A DNA stretch of 64,000 bases from an uncultured Anaerolineaceae bacterium (GCA_964547225.1 CAZJMV010000212.1:16465-80464), one strand, 5' to 3'. Positions 29,436 to 40,257 are shown, counted from the first letter of the stretch. Made by a program: numbers and translations. The notes: a model not told the origin generated them from the sequence alone.

Positions 29436-31274
29436 TTAACCTTCCTCCTTATCCATAATTGCAGTTGCGACAAATCGCGCTGTAAACGGTAACCCATCTA
29501 AATAAGCAACTGATGTCAATTTATCTGCAAAATATGGGAACTCCGTCATCAATAATTTGCTCATTTGCCCGTCCCTATTCATCTCCACAATGTAAATTTT
29601 TGAATGATTTTTAATGAAATTTTCGACTTCATTTGTGAAAGGGATTGCCCGCAACCGAAGATAATTTGTGTTTATTCCGGCTTCTCTCAGTATTTCCTGA
29701 GCTTCAATAATTGCTGGATCAGTCGAACCATATGCGAGAATACCAATTTTTGCATCTTCCGTTTTTCGCAGAATTGGTTTTGGTACATACGCTTTGGATA
29801 CAATAAATTTATTCTTCAATCGTTCGTTTAATTTTAACCACTCCTGACTATCTTCAGAATAATGAGCGTATTCATCATGTCCAGTTCCGCGTGCGAAATA
29901 GGCAGCTTTCGAATGCCTATTTCCTGGGATAGTCCGATAAGGAATCGTATCACCATCGATATCTAAATATCGCCCCCAATCTGTCCCTAACCGATCTAAG
30001 TCGCCTTCCCATAATACTTTTCCGCGCTGCATTGGTTCATCTGGATATTCAAACGGAGGCGTCATCCATTGATTCATACCTAAATCTAAATCACTCATAA
30101 CAAAAACAGGGGTTTGCACTTGTTCAGCAATATCAAATGCCCGCCAACCAAATTCGAAACATTCATTAACTGTTCCTGGGAAAAGCATAATTTGTTGAGT
30201 ATCGCCATGTCCAAGATAATGCGTAAAGATAATATCACCCTGAGCGGTTCTAGTAGGTAGCCCTGTACTTGGACCTACACGTTGAACATTCCAAACGACT
30301 ATCGGGACCTCTGCAAAATAGGCTAATCCAGCATATTCAGCCATCAAGCTTAAACCAGGCCCAGATGTTGATGTCATAGCCCGTAAACCAGCCCAGCCAG
30401 CGCCTATAGTCATTCCAATAGCAGCTAATTCATCTTCCGCTTGTAAAATCACATAAGTATTCTTACCAGGACATTTTGGGTCATTTCTCAATAATGGTAA
30501 AAACTCAATCATCTTCTCTGCAATACTCGATGCAGGAGTAATTGGATACCATGCGCCAAGCTGAATACCCCCGTAGATTGCCCCTAATGCAGCTGCAGTA
30601 TTTCCATCCGTCATAATAGAATCATGTGTGGCATTCATAACCTCAACTTGATAAGGATCCTTTTTCTTCAGATTTTTCGAAGCCCAATTGTAACTATTTT
30701 CAATAACACTATAGTTCATACTCATTGGCTTTTCTTTTCCATTAAAATGAAATTCCAATGCCTGATGTATTTTATTTAGCTCTATCCCTAGCAAGAAAGC
30801 CAAGATACCGACATATACCATATTAGCCACATAATCACGTAAATTTGAAGGTGTGTCGGATTCACGGGATATTTTTTTGACTGGCATAGAATATATATAA
30901 ATATCATTGCGATTTATTGGAAGATCAATATGATCCGCGTAAAGGAATACACCTCCTGATTCCACACTTGATAGATCTTCTAAAAATGAGTCGGGATTCA
31001 TAGCTACAACAATCTCATGTTCATCCCTACGAGCCAGGAATCCATTAGTATTTACACGTATGGTATACCAAGTTGGTTGCCCTTGTATATTGGATGGAAA
31101 AATATTTTTCCCAGATACTGGAATCCCCATCTTAAATAATGAACGCAATATTATTAAATTTGAAGTTTGGCTACCTGAACCATTAATTGTTCCAACTGTG
31201 ATTGAAAAATCGTTTACGATCATTGGTTTTTGTAACGAGGTTTCTGTTTTCTCGATTGTCTCTGTATCGGACAT
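29436..31274 (-). CDS. korA: 2-oxoglutarate/2-oxoacid:ferredoxin oxidoreductase subunit alpha (fused gamma-alpha type)
   Basis: 612 aa. N-terminal gamma-like domain (GSGSQTSN) followed by the pyrimidine-binding alpha domain (..GN.AAALGAIYGG...YPITPAS). Confidence 0.9.
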   Translation of the reverse strand: MSDTETIEKTETSLQKPMIVNDFSITVGTINGSGSQTSNLIILRSLFKMGIPVSGKNIFPSNIQGQPTWYTIRVNTNGFLARRDEHEIVVAMNPDSFLEDLSSVESGGVFLYADHIDLPINRNDIYIYSMPVKKISRESDTPSNLRDYVANMVYVGILAFLLGIELNKIHQALEFHFNGKEKPMSMNYSVIENSYNWASKNLKKKDPYQVEVMNATHDSIMTDGNTAAALGAIYGGIQLGAWYPITPASSIAEKMIEFLPLLRNDPKCPGKNTYVILQAEDELAAIGMTIGAGWAGLRAMTSTSGPGLSLMAEYAGLAYFAEVPIVVWNVQRVGPSTGLPTRTAQGDIIFTHYLGHGDTQQIMLFPGTVNECFEFGWRAFDIAEQVQTPVFVMSDLDLGMNQWMTPPFEYPDEPMQRGKVLWEGDLDRLGTDWGRYLDIDGDTIPYRTIPGNRHSKAAYFARGTGHDEYAHYSEDSQEWLKLNERLKNKFIVSKAYVPKPILRKTEDAKIGILAYGSTDPAIIEAQEILREAGINTNYLRLRAIPFTNEVENFIKNHSKIYIVEMNRDGQMSKLLMTEFPYFADKLTSVAYLDGLPFTARFVATAIMDKEEG

Positions 31275-31307
31275 ACTATCTCCTTAAAAAATTAAACCGC
31301 TAATCTA

Positions 31308-32030
31308 TCATTTATTAATATTATGATTAAATTCAGGGGAATAAGTGCGGTGAAAGAGGAGATCCTTATGTTCAACTAAAGCTTTGTAACCGCGTCCATA
31401 ATCCTCTTCACAAATGGCGTCAACAATTTCCTGATGATACTTCCATACTTGTTCGTGATACGCATAATCTGCATAAACATTCAGCCCTACCGATTCATAT
31501 GCCTGCCAATAAGCTTCAAGCAAACCAATCACAAAAGGATTTTTTAGTTTCCGAAAAATACTCAAATGTAATTCTTTATGCTCAGCATGAGGGATTTGGA
31601 TGGGTTGTCCTTTTAATTTCGCCCAAGCATGTGAGATTAAGTTTTGTAACAAATGATGATCTTCAGATGTGAGCTTCTCGGCTGCTTCATACCAATAAGA
31701 AGATTCAATATGATTTCTAAGATCAGCGAAAGCTAAGAAATTTCGAAAATCTATTGAAATCGCATAAGATAGACTTTGCGATACGGCAGGAAAGAAAGAA
31801 TATGCAAGTTTTCGAATCCCTGTTCTTGGTTTAACCTCAACTAAACCAATAGCCTTCGCTACTTCAAGTTGTTCTCTTAAACTGGCAATACTAATACCCA
31901 ATTCTTTGCTAATCTCACTTAGGGAAGGAAGATGCAGATTTTCATTTCCCCCGTTCTTTCCATCTCTATTTTCCAAAGAAAATTTTATAAGAAATTGTAT
32001 GAAATCGGAAGATGGAACCATACTTGGCAT
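31308..32030 (-). CDS. GntR/FadR-family transcriptional regulator
   Basis: wHTH (LPSLSEISKELGISIASLREQLEVAKAIGLVEVKPRTGI) plus a helical FCD-like C-terminal domain. It lies directly upstream of korAB on the same strand. Confidence 0.85.
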   Translation of the reverse strand: MPSMVPSSDFIQFLIKFSLENRDGKNGGNENLHLPSLSEISKELGISIASLREQLEVAKAIGLVEVKPRTGIRKLAYSFFPAVSQSLSYAISIDFRNFLAFADLRNHIESSYWYEAAEKLTSEDHHLLQNLISHAWAKLKGQPIQIPHAEHKELHLSIFRKLKNPFVIGLLEAYWQAYESVGLNVYADYAYHEQVWKYHQEIVDAICEEDYGRGYKALVEHKDLLFHRTYSPEFNHNINK

Positions 32031-32119
32031 ATAATGTTTACTTTCTAATACCGATAATCCTAAGACTTATTATACGATTAATCAGATGATTTATTATTGA
32101 GAAAATTTTATCATGCTCA

Positions 32120-33010
32120 CTACAAAGAGTCAAGCAAAGGAGGGATATCTCGCAAAGCATGTGCGAGGCGTGTACCATACCAAGTGATTAGACTACCATC
32201 AATCACAATGATCCGTTTTTCCCTCGCAGCAGGCGTTTCTTTGAAGATTTGATAGAATAAATTTTGATAACTTACATCAAAAGGAAATGGTTCATCTGGA
32301 AGGATGATCACTTCAGGTTGAGAATCGATAATCTCAGATAGAGTTACACGCGGGTAGCGATGATCACGAAGCTGATTTTCTTCTGGCTCAACTAAACCTA
32401 GGTCCGCTTCAAGAGGGTAATATCTTTCACGATGACTAAAGACATTCTCATACTTAAAATAATTTAGCAAATCTTCACTATAGGTTTGGTGATTAAAAGT
32501 CATCCACCAATTCATTATTCCTTTTCTTTGTTCAAACCAAATCGGACAAAAATAACGAATAGATTTCTTTCCCTCTCTCGAAGAATTAACCCATTCAAGT
32601 GTTAATTCAATTGTCCTCAGACTCGCCATTCCCATGCGATGATGATAAATTTCAAGTAACTTCCAAAGAATTTCTAAAGATTGTTTTACAGTTTTTGGAA
32701 AAGTAACCCAAACAGAAATTCCCACTGACTGCAGATCTTCAACTAACATCTTTGAATTCTCTTCCTGATTAACTATAACAAGATCAGGGTTCAAATTGAT
32801 AATGTCTTTGATACGAGCATCCTTAACCCCACCAACACGAACGAGGTGATCTAACTTACCAAGTGGAAATTTACAATAATCGGTAATACCTACAAGATAG
32901 TTTCCCAATCCCAATTCAAAAAGACTTTCCGTCAAGGATGGAATAAGCGAAACAACCCTCTGTGGGGTATATGGGAGGCTAGTAATATCCATACCACCAA
33001 TTTCAATCAA
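32120..33010 (-). CDS. BtuF/helical-backbone periplasmic-binding-protein-fold protein (cobalamin/siderophore-binding type), no signal peptide
   Basis: 296 aa. RVVSLIPSLTESLFELGLGNYLVGITDYC and ..PDLVIVN.. match the Peripla_BP_2 pattern. The N-terminus (MIEIGGMDITSLPYTPQ) has no hydrophobic segment. Confidence 0.7.
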   Translation of the reverse strand: MIEIGGMDITSLPYTPQRVVSLIPSLTESLFELGLGNYLVGITDYCKFPLGKLDHLVRVGGVKDARIKDIINLNPDLVIVNQEENSKMLVEDLQSVGISVWVTFPKTVKQSLEILWKLLEIYHHRMGMASLRTIELTLEWVNSSREGKKSIRYFCPIWFEQRKGIMNWWMTFNHQTYSEDLLNYFKYENVFSHRERYYPLEADLGLVEPEENQLRDHRYPRVTLSEIIDSQPEVIILPDEPFPFDVSYQNLFYQIFKETPAAREKRIIVIDGSLITWYGTRLAHALRDIPPLLDSL

Positions 33011-33035
33011 TTAAACCACCTCCATAGACAGAATT

Positions 33036-34208
33036 CTATTTCAACAAGTCAAGTGTAGCAGCCGTCATTAAGGCTGTTCCATAAATCAATGCCTGCTCAT
33101 CAAAATCAAATTTTGGGTGGTGATGAGAGTAATCTAGTCCTATTTCAGAATTAGATGAACCAACAAAAATAAAACAACCTGGTATTTTTTCCAGAACAAA
33201 AGCCATATCTTCCGATCCCATTGTGCGATCGTTCATATCTAAAACTAAATCAGGGATGACTTGAGTAACAAGATCCTGTACCTTCTGACATATAATAACA
33301 TCGTTTATCACTGCTGGCGTGATCGATTTAAGATCAAGGTCAACCTCACAACCAAATGATTCTGCTGTTGATTCTACAATTTTTGTAAATCTATCCAGGA
33401 CCATCTTACGCGTTTGCGGATCAAAGGTTCGAATTGTCCCCTGTAATTCAACACGCGAAGGGATGACGTTAAATGTATCCCCTCCTCGAACCACCGTAAC
33501 ACTAACTACGGCTGTATCTTGAGGGTCAACATTTCGAGAGACAATCCCCTGAACAGACGTAATCAAGTTGGCTGCTGCTAAGATAGGATCAATAGTTAAA
33601 TGAGGCGCAGCACCATGACCACCCTTCCCAATAAGTTTTATAACAAATGTCTCAGAAGCTGCCATCACTGAGCCAGAGGTGATTCCAAACCATCCAACTG
33701 GTTTATCATTCCAAAGATGCATAGCCAACGCATAATCTACACTTGGGTTCTCCAGAACCCCTTCTTTTACCATTTGCTCAGCTCCACCTAAACCTTCTTC
33801 GGCTGGTTGAAACATGAATTTTACACTTCCATGGATTTGGTCGCGATTAGCTGTTAATAATTTTGCAACTGTTAGCCCAATCGCAGTATGCCCATCATGA
33901 CCACAGGCATGCATTACACCAGGATTAGAAGAGACATAATCAACCTCATTCTCCTCTTGAATTGGCAGAGCATCCATATCGAATCTAATTAAGACAACCG
34001 GTCCTGGATGAGCTCCTTCAAGCATTGCGATCACGCCCGTTTTTGCGATCCCGGTTGTTACGTCCAAACCAAGTGATTTCAGCTCTTCTGCTACTATTTT
34101 AGAAGTTCGTTCTTCTTGAAAACCTAACTCTGGATGTCGATGAAAATCTCGCCTTTTCTCCTGAGTATAATCAAATAATTTTTCAGCTTCAGATAAATAT
34201 TGATTCAC
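33036..34208 (-). CDS. M20D-family amidohydrolase (N-acyl-amino acid amidohydrolase/hippuricase-like)
   Basis: 390 aa. ..FHRHPELGFQE..T, ..MHACGHDGH.., ..FQPAEEG..GA. Confidence 0.85.
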   Translation of the reverse strand: MNQYLSEAEKLFDYTQEKRRDFHRHPELGFQEERTSKIVAEELKSLGLDVTTGIAKTGVIAMLEGAHPGPVVLIRFDMDALPIQEENEVDYVSSNPGVMHACGHDGHTAIGLTVAKLLTANRDQIHGSVKFMFQPAEEGLGGAEQMVKEGVLENPSVDYALAMHLWNDKPVGWFGITSGSVMAASETFVIKLIGKGGHGAAPHLTIDPILAAANLITSVQGIVSRNVDPQDTAVVSVTVVRGGDTFNVIPSRVELQGTIRTFDPQTRKMVLDRFTKIVESTAESFGCEVDLDLKSITPAVINDVIICQKVQDLVTQVIPDLVLDMNDRTMGSEDMAFVLEKIPGCFIFVGSSNSEIGLDYSHHHPKFDFDEQALIYGTALMTAATLDLLK

Positions 34209-34245
34209 AACCTAATCCTTTCTTACTAAAATATGTATATAACGC

Positions 34246-34962
34246 TCAATCAAAAACAATACGTCGGAATCTTTCTTCATAGCGTGGATCTTCAAGCGTA
34301 CTATTCTTCGTATGTCTTCTCCGCATTCGCTCTTGAAAAGAAATCGGATTACCAATTTGACTTTTATGCTCTAACAAGGCTTTCATCTTGATCTTCCAAT
34401 AATCTGAAACATCGATAGTAAAATTAGGTTCAAGCGCTAAAGAAACCCAAACCTCCTTGGGTGAATGTGGTTTCAATCCTTCATCAGATATCAACTCCGG
34501 AAAAAACATTGGATTACCTGCGGCTGGAAACACTGCATCGAGAACTACTTGACCAGCTGCTCGATGATCGGGATGATTGATACGATTATCTCCGATATAA
34601 AGTAATTTAGGATCACAAGTAATGATAATATCAGGTTTTTCTTCCCGAATGATACGAGTAATATCTTTGCGCAAGTTAATATCTGGAACTAAGTAACCAT
34701 CTGGATAATTGAGAAAACGAATCTGACCTACGCCAAGTTCAGCCGCGGCGGCTTTTTGTTCTTTCAATCTAATATCACATAATTTTCTTGGATCTACCGC
34801 AGGATCATTCCAACCTTTATCGCCACAAGTCAATAAACAATATGCTACTTTATGCCCTTCCAAGATCCATTTCGCGATCGTTCCGCCGCAAAAGAACTCA
34901 GGATCATCAGGGTGAGCTAGAATGACCAAGATTTTTTGATGTTCCCGCCAGGTTCTTTGCAT
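34246..34962 (-). CDS. PIG-L/LmbE-family N-acetylglucosaminyl deacetylase
   Basis: 238 aa. VILAHPDDPEFFCGGTIAK and ..HPDH.. zinc-binding motifs. Confidence 0.85.
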   Translation of the reverse strand: MQRTWREHQKILVILAHPDDPEFFCGGTIAKWILEGHKVAYCLLTCGDKGWNDPAVDPRKLCDIRLKEQKAAAAELGVGQIRFLNYPDGYLVPDINLRKDITRIIREEKPDIIITCDPKLLYIGDNRINHPDHRAAGQVVLDAVFPAAGNPMFFPELISDEGLKPHSPKEVWVSLALEPNFTIDVSDYWKIKMKALLEHKSQIGNPISFQERMRRRHTKNSTLEDPRYEERFRRIVFD

Positions 34963-34964
34963 AT

Positions 34965-35936
34965 TTACTTTTTCCGATGATTTCTTTGAGATGGTCTTCT
35001 TCTGCTGAATCTTCTTTTACTGGTTTCTTTCGGCTTTTCCTGAGCTTGTACATTATCTTTAATTTGATCTTGTTTATCAGAAAACGTCTGCTTTTCTTCT
35101 TGATGTTTTTTATCCTCGTTCTGAAAATCTCTCAATTCAGCTAAAGAAACCTCAACTGTTTTCCCTGATTCAAGTAAGACTGACACAGATTGTTTCAATG
35201 GAATCAAGTCAATAACACGACCTTGACCATGAGATGTATTCACTTGATCTTTTCGCTTTGGTAGTTCTTTCCTCAATTCGAGATATTGTTCATACTCATA
35301 GTCCAAACAACAGCGCAGACGACCACACATACCCGTGATCTCTGACGGTGTAAGCGATATACCTTGTTCTTTTGCCATCCGTATGGAAATGGGGTTAAAT
35401 TCAGTAAGGAATTTCGAACAACAACGTTCCCCCATACCACATGCCCCCATACCTCCAATTACTTTAGCGACATCTCTTGGACCTATCTGCCGCATCCCAA
35501 TACGTGTTCTTGGGTATAAACGTTTCATTGCTTGTTGTAATTTTTGGAGGTCTACTTTTTCTTCTGCTTCCGTATTATACAGAATAGATAATCGTTTCCC
35601 ATCAAAAGTGTATTCAGCATCAACTATCTTCACACCAAGGATCTTCAATTCAACCATCTTGGTGCGAAAGTTTACAACGGCTTCTTTTTCCTTCTTTTTC
35701 CACAACTGACGTAATACCAAATCACGTGCAGTAGCAATCCGTTTTATGGTTTTCCACGATCCATCAGTAGGAGGAGGAGGATTTTTAATTATTTGCATGA
35801 CCTCACCCAACTGACACCCTCTGCTTGTATCTACAACCACAAAATCACCAACTTTAACCTGCTGATGATCACCAGCATCAAAGTGATATGTTTTTCCTAT
35901 TTCTTGAAAGCGAATACCAATAATTGTTGGTTCCAT
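34965..35936 (-). CDS. PSP1-domain protein (YaaT/RicT-like) with basic C-terminal tail
   Basis: 323 aa. PSP1 C-terminal domain with Cys cluster (GMGACGMGERCCSKFL...GMCGRLRCCLDYE). The tail is K/E/Q-rich. Confidence 0.85.
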   Translation of the reverse strand: MEPTIIGIRFQEIGKTYHFDAGDHQQVKVGDFVVVDTSRGCQLGEVMQIIKNPPPPTDGSWKTIKRIATARDLVLRQLWKKKEKEAVVNFRTKMVELKILGVKIVDAEYTFDGKRLSILYNTEAEEKVDLQKLQQAMKRLYPRTRIGMRQIGPRDVAKVIGGMGACGMGERCCSKFLTEFNPISIRMAKEQGISLTPSEITGMCGRLRCCLDYEYEQYLELRKELPKRKDQVNTSHGQGRVIDLIPLKQSVSVLLESGKTVEVSLAELRDFQNEDKKHQEEKQTFSDKQDQIKDNVQAQEKPKETSKRRFSRRRPSQRNHRKK

Positions 35937-36006
35937 AGATAAAAATTATAACGTAGGAAGTTGAAATCGTGAAGCGGCTATCCTTATGTAGAATTAATGG
36001 ATAAAT

Positions 36007-36041
36007 AAAACAGCGCCTTAACAATACCTAGCGCTGTTTTT
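36007..36041 (-). terminator. intrinsic terminator after mrp/apbC (bidirectional form)
   Basis: AAAACAGCGC (36007-36016) pairs with GCGCTGTTTT (36031-36040). Read on the minus strand, the stem ACAGCGC/GCGCTGT is followed by TTTTATTTAT. Confidence 0.65.
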
Positions 36042-36061
36042 CTCAAAATTCTCTATCGGTT

Positions 36062-37147
36062 TTAATCTTCTATGCTAATCGACAGATCTTGTTTTTGCTG
36101 AACGGCTGCCATACTAGTTTTGGCTGCTACTTTTCCAGCAAGATCAAATAACGCTTTTGCCACTGCCGATTCTGGTTTTTCCACTACAACGGGTTTTCCT
36201 GTATCGCCTCCTTGGCGAACTGCTGGATCCATTGGGATGCTACCGATAAATGGAACTTCAGCTTCTCTGGCTAGTTTTTCACCACCTCCCGTTCCAAATA
36301 CATCAACACGAGAACCATCCGGTAATTCCAAATAACTCATATTTTCAATGACACCGAAAACCTCAACTTCTAAATGGCGGAACATCTCCAAACCACGACG
36401 AGCGTCATCTAATGATACTTGCTGAGGTAAGGTTACGATAATACCACCACTAAGGGGCAAAGATTGTGCTAAACTGAGAGCCGCATCACCTGTCCCGGGA
36501 GGTAAATCGATAATCAAGTAATCCAATTCACCCCATGTTACATCAGTTAGAAACTGCCTAATCGCGGTATGTAACATTGGTCCTCGCCAGATTAACGGTT
36601 GATCGGGTTTTACGAGAAATCCAATCGACATTAACTTCACCCCATAAGCCTCAGCAGGGATTAATTTTTCTCCAGCAACTGGCGGTAAAGATCCAACTCC
36701 CATCATCGTGGGAATATTTGGACCGTAAATATCAGCATCCAGTAAACCAACGCGAGCTCCGCTTTTCGCTAATACGACCGCAAGATTTACCGCTACTGTA
36801 CTTTTCCCAACACCACCCTTTCCAGATGCTACCGCAATCGCATTGCGAATCGGCAACTCGAGTAAACCGCGTGTTCTACCATCGCTGGGTACATCAGCAT
36901 CCAATTTTGCCTCTACCTTTTCTATACCGAGTAAATCCCTAACTGCTTTTTCAGCAGAGGATTTTATCTCATTCTTTAAGGGACAAGCAGGAGTGGTTAA
37001 GACGATAGTAAATTTCACTATATCACCTTCAATCTGTATATCTTTGATCATATTTAAGGTGACAAGGTCCTTATGTAGTTCGGGTTCTTGAACAGTCCTT
37101 AAGGCATTCAGAACTGCTTTTTCTGTAATTTCATTCCTTTTTGACAT
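36062..37147 (-). CDS. apbC: Mrp/ApbC/Nbp35-family Fe-S cluster carrier ATPase with N-terminal DUF59/MIP18 domain
   Basis: 361 aa. Deviant Walker A (VASGKGGVGKST) and ..DLPPGTGD... Its start lies 15 bp downstream of nuoI on the same strand. Confidence 0.9.
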   Translation of the reverse strand: MSKRNEITEKAVLNALRTVQEPELHKDLVTLNMIKDIQIEGDIVKFTIVLTTPACPLKNEIKSSAEKAVRDLLGIEKVEAKLDADVPSDGRTRGLLELPIRNAIAVASGKGGVGKSTVAVNLAVVLAKSGARVGLLDADIYGPNIPTMMGVGSLPPVAGEKLIPAEAYGVKLMSIGFLVKPDQPLIWRGPMLHTAIRQFLTDVTWGELDYLIIDLPPGTGDAALSLAQSLPLSGGIIVTLPQQVSLDDARRGLEMFRHLEVEVFGVIENMSYLELPDGSRVDVFGTGGGEKLAREAEVPFIGSIPMDPAVRQGGDTGKPVVVEKPESAVAKALFDLAGKVAAKTSMAAVQQKQDLSISIED

Positions 37148-37162
37148 TTCTTTCCTTTCAAA

Positions 37163-37783
37163 TTATGCTTCCTTTTTCTTTCGTGCTGCTCTTGCTGCAG
37201 CAGCTTCTTGTTTTGCTGTTTCCTCTAATTGATTATTCACTGGACGGATGCTAGCATAATAAGAAACTGGTTTCAAAAGCTTCTCTTTATCATAGATATT
37301 ATTTTCCATACGATCATAAACGGATAATTCATAATCATGATCCATTTTTATAGCATCAAATGGACAAAATTCGGCACAAAGACCACAGTTCATACACATA
37401 TCCACATCGATAAAAAAATCTTTAGGTTCTGGAACTGGTCGCCCCGTATTTGGATCAGAAGAGCGCACAATCCAAATACACTGTGAAGGACAAACCTTGG
37501 AACAGATTCCACAAGATGTACAACGGATCTTTCTACTTCCCTCTTCATCCTCATCATACACTAAAAAAGGTATGAAACGAAACTCTTCTGGGACTGGCAT
37601 TTTCTCGTAAGGGTATTGAACTGTAAAAATCCCTCTAGCATCTTTGCTTGCGCGATGAGCCAGACCAGCCTCTGAATAATAACGTTTCTCACGTTTGAAT
37701 AACCAAACTAAATCATCTAAATAGGTATCGGCAAAGCGTTTTAAAGTAACACCTAATCCTTTTACTATACCCATTCCATCCAT
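37163..37783 (-). CDS. nuoI: NADH-quinone oxidoreductase subunit I (2x[4Fe-4S]) with terminal extensions
   Basis: 206 aa. CTSCGICSKVCP and CMNCGLCAEFCP ferredoxin motifs, plus a K/A-rich C-terminal tail. Confidence 0.85.
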   Translation of the reverse strand: MDGMGIVKGLGVTLKRFADTYLDDLVWLFKREKRYYSEAGLAHRASKDARGIFTVQYPYEKMPVPEEFRFIPFLVYDEDEEGSRKIRCTSCGICSKVCPSQCIWIVRSSDPNTGRPVPEPKDFFIDVDMCMNCGLCAEFCPFDAIKMDHDYELSVYDRMENNIYDKEKLLKPVSYYASIRPVNNQLEETAKQEAAAARAARKKKEA

Positions 37784-37805
37784 TATTCACACTCCAATCA
37801 ATCCA

Positions 37806-39569
37806 CTATCGATCTGTTTCTCCAAGGACTATATCAATAGAACCAAGGATTGCTACTAAGTCAGCTACTTTGTTTCCAACACTCATCGTTTCATATGCAG
37901 TTAAATTGATAAACGATGGAGCACGAACATGATAACGCCAAGGATTTGGACTGCCATTGGATACAACATAGAAACCCAATTCACCTTTAGGTCCTTCTAC
38001 ACGTCCGTAAGCTTCTCCTGCAGGAACGCGTGCTTGATATTGCGGTTTCCCAGTCTGGATTGGTCCACCTGGAAGATCTCTAATCGCTTGTTGAAGAATA
38101 CGTACACTTTGTCGCATTTCATCAATCCGAACCAAATAACGATCATAAGCATCGCCATGATAACGAACAGCAATATCAAAATCAAAACGATCATAGATGC
38201 TATAAGGATCTGCCCTGCGAACATCATAAGGAACACCGGATGCCCTCAACACTGGTCCACAAGTTGAGTATGCAATAGCTTGTTTAGGAGTTAGAACACC
38301 TACACCTTGGGTCCTTAAGGCAACGATTTCATTATTCGTCAAGTACATATCAATTTCATCGATACGCCGTGGCAGCCGATCGAATGCAAGATCGTGAATT
38401 TTTTCAAAAATACCCTCGGGTAAATCTCTAGCTACACCTCCAAACCGAAAATAATTACACATCATTCGCGAACCAGCCACTGCTTCAAAAACATCCAAGA
38501 TCAATTCACGCTCTTCCAATGCATATAGCATGGGCGTAAAGTAAGCTCCAAGATCATTTAATAATGATCCTATTGCGAATAAGTGATTGGTTATCCTGGT
38601 TAATTCAGCCATAATAACACGAAGATATTCAGCGCGTTCAGGTGGTTTCGTACCCATCAATTTTTCGACCGCTAAGGCGTACCCGAAATTATTGCTCATC
38701 GATGATAAATAATCTAAACGGTCTGTGAAAGGCATATTCTGGAGAAAAGTATTCCGCTCCCCAATTTTTTCATGATTACGATGGAGATACCCCATAACGG
38801 GTCGAAGAGCAGCTACCGATTCACCATTCAAGGCAACGACAACACGGAAAACACCATGTGTCGAAGGATGCTGTGGTCCCATATTGACCACTACAATATC
38901 TGTATCTAATCCGGAATCAGTATCGAGCCTGACATCTTTAAGCAAACTTTCATAAACCGAACGATCATTATCGGGTTCATAAGTTTTCGGATCAAACCCT
39001 TCCGGATAAGAGACATTCTTATGATACGGATTTTTTTTCTCGGATCTAGAGACTTGTCCATCAGGCCAACGTGAATTAAATGGCTTCGCTTCACTTTCAA
39101 AGTAAGCTTCATGCCAATCCTTCCGCAAAGGATACCCGTAAAATCCCTCCCACATTAGAATTCTACGTAAGTCTGGATGACCATTGAACTTAATCCCTAG
39201 CAAATCCCAAACTTCTCGTTCCTGAAAATCTGCCCCCGGGTAAATGGACACCAAAGATGGCACAACAGAATTTTCGCGCGGTGTTTGAGTTTTGAATACT
39301 AGTCCTCTGCCACCAATTGACCTATATGCATGGTATACGACCTCCATATTCCCATCAGGGAGATTATCGACTCCCGTCACCGAAGAAAGATAATCATAGC
39401 CATAATCATCACGAATTGATTTCGCCACTTCAATTAGGTGATCTGCTTTGATAAAATAACCTTCATATCCTTCTCGACCATCAAGTGAGACATAATCAGG
39501 AAATCTGGAAACAATATCCACCTTTTCTATTTGATCAACCGTAACGGAATTTTTCAATTCATTCATCAA
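37806..39569 (-). CDS. nuoCD: fused NADH-quinone oxidoreductase subunits C and D
   Basis: 587 aa. NuoC part reads ..[27 protein letters not shown] linker of about 60 aa follows. NuoD part reads [14 protein letters not shown]...[13 protein letters not shown]. The NiFe-ligand cysteines are absent. Confidence 0.92.
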   Translation of the reverse strand: MMNELKNSVTVDQIEKVDIVSRFPDYVSLDGREGYEGYFIKADHLIEVAKSIRDDYGYDYLSSVTGVDNLPDGNMEVVYHAYRSIGGRGLVFKTQTPRENSVVPSLVSIYPGADFQEREVWDLLGIKFNGHPDLRRILMWEGFYGYPLRKDWHEAYFESEAKPFNSRWPDGQVSRSEKKNPYHKNVSYPEGFDPKTYEPDNDRSVYESLLKDVRLDTDSGLDTDIVVVNMGPQHPSTHGVFRVVVALNGESVAALRPVMGYLHRNHEKIGERNTFLQNMPFTDRLDYLSSMSNNFGYALAVEKLMGTKPPERAEYLRVIMAELTRITNHLFAIGSLLNDLGAYFTPMLYALEERELILDVFEAVAGSRMMCNYFRFGGVARDLPEGIFEKIHDLAFDRLPRRIDEIDMYLTNNEIVALRTQGVGVLTPKQAIAYSTCGPVLRASGVPYDVRRADPYSIYDRFDFDIAVRYHGDAYDRYLVRIDEMRQSVRILQQAIRDLPGGPIQTGKPQYQARVPAGEAYGRVEGPKGELGFYVVSNGSPNPWRYHVRAPSFINLTAYETMSVGNKVADLVAILGSIDIVLGETDR

Positions 39570-39585
39570 TCATCTCTCCTAGATC

Positions 39586-40257
39586 TTACGCTTGCTCTTC
39601 AGAAAAATTGGTTTCTGAGTTTGAGGATTCCCCTTGCTCTATCATTCTTCTCTGTATCTCATCAAAATCGCGAGGATCCATCAGATCAGGACCTAATATT
39701 GGTACAGGGATTTCGTCGCTAGCATTTTTATCATACCACCGGACATTCTTAATGGATTGATGATCAATTCTCTTTTGAAGAGATATCAAACCATGTAACA
39801 AAGCCTGAGGTGTTGGAGGACAACCAGGGACATAAACATCAACAGGTATAAATTTATCAATTCCAGAGACCACATTATAGCCATCCTTGAACGGTCCTCC
39901 GCCTGAAGCACAAGCCCCCATTGCTAAGACATATTTTGGCTCTGGCATTTGATTATATAGGCGAACAACTTGTGGCGCCATCTTTTTAGTAACAGTACCA
40001 GAGACAATCATAAGATCTGCTTGCCGAGGACTAGGGCGCATGACCTCCATACCAAAACGGGAAAAATCATAGCGACTAGCGGCTGTGCATATCATCTCAA
40101 TTGCACAACAGGCAAGCCCAAACATCATTGGCCAAAGAGACCAACGTCTACTCCAATTATAGATTTTATCAAGGGTGGTTATGTGAATATTATTTTCTAA
40201 CTCTGGCGGGATGTCATACTTCGTTAGATTTAGGTTTTCTTTTTTCATTTCATTCAT
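39586..40257 (-). CDS. nuoB: NADH-quinone oxidoreductase subunit B (N2 cluster) with C-terminal extension
   Basis: 223 aa. [20 protein letters not shown] and VPGCPPTP cluster ligands, with about 60 extra C-terminal residues. Confidence 0.92.
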   Translation of the reverse strand: MNEMKKENLNLTKYDIPPELENNIHITTLDKIYNWSRRWSLWPMMFGLACCAIEMICTAASRYDFSRFGMEVMRPSPRQADLMIVSGTVTKKMAPQVVRLYNQMPEPKYVLAMGACASGGGPFKDGYNVVSGIDKFIPVDVYVPGCPPTPQALLHGLISLQKRIDHQSIKNVRWYDKNASDEIPVPILGPDLMDPRDFDEIQRRMIEQGESSNSETNFSEEQA

